A DNA stretch of 64,000 bases. Origin: a virus. This document shows, piece by piece, positions 25,926-36,500 of the stretch. Under the pieces are notes generated by a model that had not been told where the DNA came from, did no database searches, and worked only from the letters and a program-made list of their open reading frames with translations. Numbering within the stretch: the first letter of the stretch is position 1; every line of letters starts with the position of its first letter. The stretch covers positions 3,552-67,551 of the IMG/VR virus record IMGVR_UViG_3300028836_000025. The stretch is one strand, 5' to 3'. The translations under genes were made by a program, and so were the position numbers.

Positions 25926-27178
25926 GGTATTAGCGATACGTTTATGTCTAAATACTGGTACGCCGTCGTAGTTAACGTTTGGGCATCCATCCCTATGGTT
26001 ACAAACACATAATTTCCAGCTGTTATATCACTAGTTGAAGTCATATCCGCAGAATATATATGTGAAGTGCTACTACTAGAAGTCATCTGAGATTTCGCGC
26101 GTAGCGTACATGTTGGACCAGTGGTAGTGTTCAAAGCCGGGGCGAACTCCCATAACTGTATTACGTAATTTTTACTGTACGAACTACTGCTATAAGGTCT
26201 CCCTAAAATATCAACTCTAACTTTACCCGCGGCAGGAACCCTCATAGACCCGTAGTGTTGGATTATGGGGTTTAAATACAGTGTTGTTGAATCCACTGTT
26301 CCTCCTCCTGAAGCGGTCGTGCCGATGCTCGTGTAGTATATGTAATACGTAAGACCATATGTACTTCCGCATAATATCATAGAGCCATCTTGTGATGTGG
26401 TGTGTTGAACTCTACCACCCATAGTCATTATTGATGAAGCACCTCCACCACCTCCACCACCAGACACTGTAGAAAACGATAACGCCCCTGCGCCATCCGT
26501 GATCAGTGCTTGGCCTGTGGTACCGTCTGCTGTGGGTAGAGTTAATGAGTAACTCGCGGCTAAATCATCATGGGCTTGTAGTGTCGTATAGTACGTGTCG
26601 CCATCCGCATAAAAGGCTAGCTTACCGTCTCCACCCCCGACGGGTCTAATACTAGTAACACCATATATAGATGGGTTGGTATCCGCTAAATACGTAGCCC
26701 AAGACAAAGTGCCTGAACCATTGGTTTTCATAACCTGCCCGCTAGTACCATCTCCGTTAGGTAATTCCCATAGCTGGTCTGAGGTAATGCTTATTGGTGG
26801 TTTAAACCCCACGTAATTACCCTCCAACAAAGGGGCTTCGTATAACTTTAGTTGCCCTACAGTTATAATTCCAGCACCCTCCATTTTAATATTGTCAGAC
26901 TTTAAAACAATGGCGCCTGTACCATCTGGATCTATAGTGATATCTCCGTTACTCGTGGACACTATATTATTTCCATTAACGTCTAAGTCTCCACCCAGCT
27001 GTGGGGTGGTGTCATCAACCACGTCTGATGAGCCTCCTAGAGAACTATTTACACCGACTTTACCATCTGCGTCTACGACTAAGGCGCTAGTACTAGTATC
27101 TGCCCCAGTACTTTCAAAGTACACATCGTTGCGAAACCTGGTTACCCAATCCCATATATGAGCCCCGATCCACTTCAC
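25922..27178 (-). CDS. tail fibre protein
   Basis: DTTPQLGGDLDVNG and duplicated LP..DGT.GQ...T.G.G.LS fibre motifs; GTG start 27178 coupled to the upstream stop. Confidence 0.8.
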   Translation of the reverse strand: MKWIGAHIWDWVTRFRNDVYFESTGADTSTSALVVDADGKVGVNSSLGGSSDVVDDTTPQLGGDLDVNGNNIVSTSNGDITIDPDGTGAIVLKSDNIKMEGAGIITVGQLKLYEAPLLEGNYVGFKPPISITSDQLWELPNGDGTSGQVMKTNGSGTLSWATYLADTNPSIYGVTSIRPVGGGDGKLAFYADGDTYYTTLQAHDDLAASYSLTLPTADGTTGQALITDGAGALSFSTVSGGGGGGGASSIMTMGGRVQHTTSQDGSMILCGSTYGLTYYIYYTSIGTTASGGGTVDSTTLYLNPIIQHYGSMRVPAAGKVRVDILGRPYSSSSYSKNYVIQLWEFAPALNTTTGPTCTLRAKSQMTSSSSTSHIYSADMTSTSDITAGNYVFVTIGMDAQTLTTTAYQYLDINVSLIP

Positions 27179-27525
27179 CCTAACATTACTTTTATAACAC
27201 CCCCTATAACAGCTACGAATATAACACCTATACCCCACTCAATAACTTTCTTCCAACGAAGCACGCCCTTGAACTGGTCTATTAGTAACTCCCTTTCAGG
27301 CTCACACATCTCCCTGAAGTCAGTATTCTTGTTTGTTTGCACTATAAGCCCAGACTGTGGGTCCATAATCTTATCGTGCATTTCAGTCACTTTTACATCT
27401 AACGCGCTAACACATTGTATAATACGTTTCAGTTCCCCATTAGGTTGGTGCGCCCTTATTTCTTTAAGCGCCTCAATTATCTCTTGCATAACCTTATCTT
27501 TATTGTTCTTCACCATTATTATCAC
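27175..27525 (-). CDS. coiled-coil protein with C-terminal TM helix (possible lysis accessory)
   Basis: Coiled coil then WGIGVIFVAVIGGVIKVMLG; exact start uncertain. Confidence 0.6.
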   Translation of the reverse strand: MIIMVKNNKDKVMQEIIEALKEIRAHQPNGELKRIIQCVSALDVKVTEMHDKIMDPQSGLIVQTNKNTDFREMCEPERELLIDQFKGVLRWKKVIEWGIGVIFVAVIGGVIKVMLG

Positions 27526-27542
27526 TTATGTTAAGTTAAAAT

Positions 27543-30500
27543 TTAATCATGGTAGTAACATAAACCAGAAGAACTAGATGTTTTCATCTTACACCTTTTA
27601 CCGTCTTTCTTAACGTGACTACATTGTGTTTTCTTACCCGTGGTGTTTTGTTTTACTTTTTGGTGTATTGTGCAGAACGTCCCGTTACCCACGGGTTTTA
27701 AAGAGCATCTCTCTCCAGCTTTATTTACAGCGGCGCACGTAGTCTTTTTACCTTTCTTTCTTTCCTGCTTTTGATCTTTAATGAAACCCTCTTCTATAGC
27801 CGCTTCTTCAGCTTCTTTTTCAATTGCCCTTTCAATTTTCTTTTTTTCTTTTCTCTCTTCTTTTTCTACTGCTTTAATTTCTTTAACCTCCCCTTTTGCT
27901 GCAACGACATCTTGGTTTTTAATACCAAAACTCCACTTGCTCCACCCTAAGAGCATAGCCACTCTTTTCCATGTCTCGTGTTCCGCGTCTAATGACTCTG
28001 ATATGTTCTGAACTTTATTATACACCCTACTTAGCGGTAGGTTTGTCACTGCCTCGGTTCCGCTGAAGGCAGCATCGTATATAGGGTTATCTATATCTGC
28101 CTTGCTCATATGGTCGATTACATCTTTATTGTATTCCCATGTTTTTAAACCGCTGTATATTTTTCTAGCTTTAATACCTATTGGCGGAGACATGTTGAGA
28201 CCCTCTATCACTACGTTGCCCCAGTCTGGGTCTGTGTAGAAAACCCCATCATCCATTTTCTCGCTCTCCTTCATGAACTTCAAGATAACGTTTTTAATCG
28301 TTGCCACACCTACTCCAGCGATACCTGACCCACGTAGTATAGTGTCTATCATACCGTTAATAACCTTCTCTTTTTTCTTATCTGTGATCTGATCCTCTTC
28401 GTCGTCGCTAAATAACGCCGCGAACAAAGCTTGCTGCAACCCGTAGAAAATCATATTTTGAATAGTCCCGTAGTACACTATCCTAGATATATTAGCTTTC
28501 GTATCTCCCCTACCGTTAACTAAATCTAAAGTGGCTTTCTTAATTAACCTATTGTACTGCATAGGCGTGTTCTGGAAAGCAAGTATAAACTTACCAAGAG
28601 GTGATGCTTGCTGCTGAGATATTTTATCTTCTCTAGTAGACTGCTGAGTTTCCTCCGCTATCTCCATCATGTCCTCAAACGCTTTTGTCTCGGCTTCGGC
28701 CTGCATCATACCCTCTTTTAGGTATGTCTTAATCCTATTTCTATATAAGGTCGCACCGCCAGTAGCGATAGCAAAACTATCTGCCACCTGAGTTGGCGTA
28801 AAACCAAGTTGTAGTAAGTACGCAGTAGCGGCTTTGAATTTATTATTCGAGTCTTTTACTTGAGCCAATAGCTCTGCGGCATTAACATCTGTCTGTATAC
28901 CCGATCGTCTCTGTTTTAAAAACGGAGAGTTCATTATCATTGCCACGTCCTTCCAGTACTGAGGCTGGTTGGCAAACGCTCCAGCTGCTTTAAGCATATT
29001 GTTATCGCTCCAGTTAACGAAGTTAACATTAGAGATCATCTGCAACATCGCAGATCTAGCGTTCAAGAACATCGTTGTACCTATAGAACCATGTATCCAG
29101 TTGGTAAAGTTATTCACTATCCTTCCACCCTTCGATCTGGTACCGCCATTCTCCATCCGCCACAAGCTATCCTCTAAAGCTTCTCTAAAATTAGAACCGT
29201 ATACAGCTTCAATTTTATTCATGTTAGCTTCAGGGAATATAATATTCTTATTATCCACCCATTGTTGTAGGTGTGTACCTCTAGCTGCGTCTAATGCTTC
29301 TTTTAAATCTAAAGCCATATTCCCTCCAGTCCAATGAGCACCGGGGTCGACCATTCCACCTGCGGCATCGCTAACAGAATTAACACCTTGGGCGAACGCT
29401 AACGCTTGTGCGTTAGATTCAACAGCGTTTACTAACGCGGTGGCGTCCGCTTTGGATAGTCCAGGTATATCAAGACCCGCTTTGGCCCAGTTGTATACTC
29501 TTATAGCGTCTTCATACGCATACTCTGTACCGGGCACTTTCTTATTAAGCTTCTTCCTTACGTCAGGCATAGCCTTCCTAAGCTTTTTCATATCGCTAGC
29601 AGCTTGTTGCTGCATTATCTTATGCCGCCTCATACCTTTTGAAAACGGGTCAAATAGGTTTTCTTTAAACCAAGCGTGATGCTTATCCCCTTGTTTCCCT
29701 TTACCCATGAAAGCGTACATAAGCCCCGCGAAGTCATCGGCTGATGGCGGAACAAAGAACTTAAATTTACCTTTGTTTTTACCACGTTGTCTAGCTTTTG
29801 CCGCCGAGAACTTTTTATGTCTACCTACACCTTTAGTTTGTTCTAATATAATATCTAAATCAAGAGCTCCCTCATCTATGATATCGGACATCTTCTTCCC
29901 TCCAGTCTGGCTGAACTTGATCTTAGCCTGTTGGACTTTGCCTTTAACGTCAAAGCGGTTAAGCATAGCTTTAACTGGTCTATTAACGTAGTAAGATGGC
30001 CCCCTCTTTATCTGATAATCGGGTTTTGATATTATAAAAGTTCCACTTTTATACTTTGTGTCCTTTCCATAATATTTTAACTCTGCGCGACTCAAGCCTA
30101 CTTCATCCCACTCCCATCCTAACTTACTAGCCCAGAACTTTGTTAACCTACTATAAAGTCTAGTTCTACTTGTTTCTTTTGAAGCAAATGTAATAGCATC
30201 AACTTCGTTATTCTTTATAAAATCAAAAACACCATTCGACACAATACTTATAACTTCATGCGCACGACCTGTGTCCAGGATTTCCATTCCTGTCTTGCTG
30301 CTTGGTTTAGCACCTTCTAGTAAAGCGAACTCCAAATACCACTGACCTCCCCCGCCCGGTTCTTTTAGCGTTATGCGGTAGTGGTTATCGCCCACCTTAA
30401 AGTTAGCGTGATTATACGTCCCGAAATTTGTTTCCGTCCACTTCAAGTCACGCTTAGTGTTCATACTAAACTTGATCTTAGCCTGTTGGACTTTGTTCTT

Positions 30501-33500
30501 AACCTCGAGTTTATTTAAAGTCGCTTTGACAGCTTGAACATTTTGTATAGCGTCGTCCGCGAAATAGAAATCGTTGTACCCTTCTCCAACCTTCTCTGCT
30601 ATCCAGTTAGCTTTTGCCGATGCTTCTGATCTACCTAAACCCACGATGTTCTTAAGCGGTATATTTAAACCCTGCGCGTCTAAGAACTGTTTGATAGCCT
30701 TAGCAGACTCAGGGGCTCTAGCAGTTAGAATGAACATGTCATCTGCTCCAAACTTGCCATAAAGCTTCATGGCTTTATTAAACAGCGGGGCTGTCTCACC
30801 TTTAACAACTTTGTTAAACTCCGAGAAGTCGAACTTAACACCTTGAGCTAATAGATCTCCACCTTGCTTTGCGAACTCCTCTGCGTTTAATTTACCTTTA
30901 GTTCCATCAGGAAGAGTGTAAAGCACATTTGATTTAGTTGTAGCCAACGTATCGTCGAAGTCTAGTACTGTAATACCCTTACTAGATTTAGAAAACATCA
31001 CGTGAACTGGGTCACCTTCCATGTCAGTGAACGTCCGAGCTCTATCTGCATACTGCATAGGGAGTAAACCTTGCCCATCACCGTAATCAACTCGTGATCC
31101 AACGAATGCCCCATTGTTATACTCCCTAACCGTAATTAGAGAACTTGCAAAATGATCTCCGGTGTTGACGAGCTGTTGTGGACTGAGATGCTCCTCTGTA
31201 ATACCATGAAGTTCACCATCCTTGTTATAACGCTCAACAGATTCTAGGAACAATACAGGTTTCCGCTTCCTAATCCCAAGATCTGAAAGCGCCTCCTTAA
31301 AAGTATCACCGACGGAGCTTAAGCCATCTGGAGTATAAGTACTCCACACCTCTATCTTGCCGCTCTCTACACTACCTCTAGTGGCACCATAAACAGTATC
31401 TAACTTTTTACCCGTCTTCTCATCAAATGAGCCCCGCACATTTCTACCTTGACTATCAACGTGATCGTTCCCAGGTATCTCGTTGTATTTTACGTTATCC
31501 CTACTCCAAAATTCTACATCCCCAGCGTCCGAGAAACCTCCTTCCCTGCTCTCGGTTTTCATAGCTAATAACTTACCATCTTTAAATATGATCTGCTTAT
31601 TCCCATACTGGTCCCAGTACTCCTCAGCGGAGTCTGTTAGTTTACCATCGGTAGATTGTACTATACACCATGGGTTAGACTTCTTACCGAAGTGCTGGTT
31701 AACCTGATCACGCACAGCAAGTAGCCCGGGGGCGGGCGGTGTACGAACATATGGGGCGCCGGGGATTATTACGTCAGAGCGCGTGTCATCTATATCATAT
31801 ATAACAATGCCATTCTTTAACTCTTGTTTGTTAGTGAACGCCGCGACCTCATCAGGGTTAGTTGTCTTCTTTCCATCAACCTCCTCGCTATACTTCTCGA
31901 TTATCTCGTTTGGATTTTTAAAAGAGAATGGGTCAAGTTTTTTGGCTTTAGCTAACCTCTCTGCTTCAATAACTTTAAACCCGTCTTCAGGCAAGCGAAG
32001 TTTATTATGAACCATATAGTGAAGAGCTAGTTTCTCAAACTTGCTTTTATGCTTTGCAGCATATATAGGACTCTCCATATCTAGGTGGAACGAAGGACTA
32101 TCTAACCACTTGAATAAATCATCAACAAGTCCTTTCGCGATCTTCTTGTTCCAAACGTTATGCTTGAGCCCTATGCGGTTATTTATCAACCTCTGCTCGT
32201 ACTCAGCCCTATGGCTTTTAGAAAACCTTACATTAGAGTACCCGTCAGGGTTTATACCAGATGTAGCTGTTTTTATATCAGCTTCAGCTATGCTCTTTAT
32301 AATTTTCCCTCTGCCAGATCTAGACGCTTTAAAAGCTTGGTCCATGACTTTAGAGTCTTTAGATCTTACAGCTATATCACGTATACTAAACTCTGTATTA
32401 GCAGCAGCCTCACCATACACCTTGCCTTTATCTTTTGGGTTAAGGCTCTCTATAGCATACAGGTCGGGGTGACCAAAAGTGGTCATGTTATAATATCGCT
32501 GAGTTGAATTGTTTCCAATGATATATCCTATAGGCATCACCTTAGTTAATTTGACCTCACCAAAGATGTTGTCCATTGTAATAGGTATAACAGCCACCGT
32601 GTACTCTTTAAACAGTGCATTAAGATCAACGTTACCATCATTCATATAAGCGTCAGTCAATCGCATAATCATATAGTTAGTAGGTATCATATGCTCATAC
32701 CTAAACTTACCTTTATACTTCTTCCCGATCTTGTCTTTGAATATGTAACCTAGGTTAGCGGCCCTCTTTAGTGGCGACTGCATGTTGCTAGCCATACCCA
32801 TCATCACCATAGCAAAATCCTCCTTATCTAGTGCTCCATCTTTAATTTGATCCTTATAATGTTGAGCTATGTCTCTTGTAACTTGTTCAGACACCGCTGC
32901 CTGCTTCTTCCTTCCAGCGTAGTCTCTATCAACCATCGCCGCCTTAGAAGTTTCAGCTAAAAGACTAGTGTTTATTTTTTTACCATCAATAGTTTGTGTC
33001 TTTTTAAGATTCCCCGCTTCAGTAAGCTGCACATCATCCCCGAAAATCTCTTTTAAAACGTTTTTATTCCAATCTTTCTTATCTTCAAAAAACTGGTATC
33101 TTTGAGCTCCATCACCCTTAACGCCAACCTCTACAGCGACTCCATCTTTAACCACAAAGTTTCCCCTACCAATCTTAGCGCTCGTTGTGTACATCCCACT
33201 TGCGTGTATAAGCATCATCAATGCTTTTTCTTTACCATATTTTTTAACCCACTTTTCACCAAGAGTAACGATCTCAACGCGACCAGTGTTTATCTTGTCT
33301 ACGTTGTCAAAGCTTTCAGCGAAGGACAAGGTTTTACCATCCCCGCCTTTTAAATCTAAAAACTCTGCTAGGTTTAGAGCTAGCTCCGCTGCCTTTACGT
33401 TATCAGTTAAATATTCGTTTAAAGTTTGTTCGGGTTTTGTATTAAGATTAGCGTGCCGTTTGTTTATCGCACCATACCTATTAACGATCTTAGCTATGTC

Positions 33501-36500
33501 TTTTCCAAGAGCGGTAACTTTACTTCTTGGATAGTGTTTACCATACACGTCTCTAACAACTTGTATTACAGCGCTCTCATCGTTAGGGTTAACTTTCTTA
33601 AGAGCCTTACTTAAAACCGGAAGGTTGTTATAAAAAGTCTTTCTCTCAAGCGGTTGAAGTTTTCTTACGGACTTACTAAACTTAACACCTGGATCCCTAT
33701 CTATTTGTTTGCCTATGATAGACACTTCGTTTTCAGCTTGAACTTGTCCAGTTAAATCTAGTATGTCTGATCTACGGTTAGATACCTCAGGAGTTTGAAT
33801 CGTCTCCATAGTGGCATCGAACCCAAGTTCAACACCCATCTCCATAGCTAACTTATCTTTTCTAGTACCCAACGTAGACGCACCTACCTTATACCCAAGT
33901 ACATCTCCCATGTCCTGACCTCTAAAGAATGCCATAACTTTCTTAGAACCAGGATATGGTAACTTAGTAATTAGAGTTGGACCAGATAGTCTGTTAGTAT
34001 TTTTAGGTAGTAAACCCTCGCTAACTAACTTATCAACCTCCGTGGACTTAGTAATCCTTTCAGACCTAGTAAATATTCTATTTTCAGGAGCTATATTACG
34101 CTCCATCTGGAGCAGAGTTTCTTTTGGGAGAAACTTAAACACAATAGGAAAGTTCTTAGTTAAAAACTCATTATAGGTTTCACTTTTACCTATCATATCT
34201 TGGATAGGTTTTTTGAGTTCAGTTCTAAAGGCTTTTTGTAGTGCTGCTTTAAACTTCTTAGAGCTTACCTCAGGAAGCTTAGTACCGAATGTCTTCGCGA
34301 CAGCTTTACGAACCTTGTCCATCATAGATTCTTCTAAACCTAATTCCGTTCTAAGTCCCGAATACTGATCTGACTCAGACTTGCCCTGTTCAACTAGTTT
34401 AGTACGCCTAGCTTGAGCAGCCATAGACATGTCCTGCTCTTCAAATGATGTTACATCGGCGTCAGTCTCTGCTGCTATTTGAATTACCGGTGCTCCTTCA
34501 GACGTCTTAGCATCGATGTCTTTCGACCCTCTCATAGCTTCGTCAACTTTATACTCCGAGTTGTACACGTTACCAGCTTTGTTACCTATCTGGCTATTTA
34601 TATACGCGAATAAGTTATCGTTCTGCTCCGGCTTAAACCTCTTTATGTGTGGTGTCATTTCAGAGTAAACCTTCTCTACGAAATCTCTTGGCACGGGTTT
34701 GACTTTGTACTTAGAAGCTATCAACGCGTCAAAGTAACCTTGCTCCTTTATCTCTTTTATAGCCGCATCTGATCCACCTCTTCTCCAAGATTTATTTGTG
34801 TGGCTAGTTCCTAGTTCTTTAACGTTTTTAACAGCCGCTTTCTTCTGGTCGGAAGACATAGATGTTTTTGTATCATCTACTTCAACCTTACCTTTAGTTG
34901 CCTTTGCTATCCCACTACTCAAAGCACCTTTATGTATACTCTTGTTATACTCTTTTAGAAAGCTGTACACATCTTTACCAGTGTCAAACTTTATCTGCTT
35001 AAATCCAGCAGCCCTAAGTATCGGTTTAATCACATTGCCAATCCTTTCAAACACACTCTCATTATATGTTATATCCCCATTTTGTATAGCATCCGACGCT
35101 AGAGTTATCCACTCATCAGGATTAGCCTTCATATACTCTGGGGTGTAGTTTTCACTAGCTCTTTGCTCCACCGTTGACCATTGACTTCCTATCTCTGTTT
35201 TAAGTTCACTAATAACATTCTCAGATATATCCCCAGCTTTCATAGCCTTTCTAAGTATACCGTGTAACAACTCGTGATTACCGACATTCACGGCTCCAGT
35301 AGCTCTTGCAACAGTTTTGTTTATGATGATCTTATCTCCTTTGATAAACCCGTCTGAAGCAGCGGCTTCCTCTCCATATCGCGCTTTAATTTGATCGATA
35401 GTCAAACTGTCGTCAACCTCTAAACCATATAAAACACTATGTTTCTTTGCAAATTCTAGATTACTTTTGAATACTTTATCAGCAACACTCTCTTTAACAG
35501 CTTCAGCTGACTTCTTCCTAGCTTTAACGTCTTTAGTTCTACCGTCAACTTTCGCGTACGTATTAATTATATCAGCAATCTGTGTTTCCACGCCCTCTAA
35601 CTTAACGTCTGCGCCTGGAACAGCAAATACACCTTTCTTTTTAGTATCACTCTCGGCTTTAGCTCGCTTCTTTTCAAGTTCTACTAAAGCTTTCCTATCG
35701 TTAATGTCATTTACCTTCGCGTCAATCTGGGTTTCTAATATCGCGTCGTTTTGTTTGGACTGCACAAAGCTGTTTAAGTTAAGATCATTCTCGACCTCGA
35801 TGTTTATTTTGGCTAAATCTTCAGGCGCTGTATTTTTATTGTTCACAATATCTTCTACAGTTTTTCTACTAACGACTTCACCGTTTATTTTATATTTAGG
35901 TGTTTGTCCTTTTAAAGATTTATACAGTATATCAGAAACATTAACAATACCTTTAGCTTCACCAATAGCCTCTAAAGTAGCGTCACCTAAATCAATTTCT
36001 TGACCCGCGGCGACTTGTCCTCCAACCTCACCCACAAAACCCCCACCCATCTCAATACTTGTTGTAGCCCCCGCTACTTTAACAGCGGTTCTTTTACCAG
36101 TAGCTTTACCAAGTCTAACAATAGAACTACCTACACCCCTAGATAAACCCATAGTTAAACCTTCAATCGCCCCTATAGTTAAACCCCTAGCTAATGAAGC
36201 AGATTTTATTCTGTCTATAGCGTCTTCATCTTCTAAGATCGCCCTTACATTCTCTTTATTAAAATCTAAATCTCCTAACTCTTCTTTTAATAAGTCGGTT
36301 AAAGTTAAACCAGTCTCCATAGCCCCCACTAAACCCGCGGTAGCTCCAGCTAAACCCCCTGTGATAGCCCCAGCCCCAGCTCCAAATACAGCACCAGGCC
36401 CAGCCCAAGCAGTTGCTAGAGCCCCAGCCCCAGCCCCAACCGTAGCGCCACCCGCAGCGACGCCTGCGGCACTCGCTATTGTTTCCGGGGCTGTTAAAGA

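Noticed and set aside
18755-27178. Diversity-generating retroelement acting on fibres
   Set aside because: No reverse transcriptase and no template/variable repeat pair seen.
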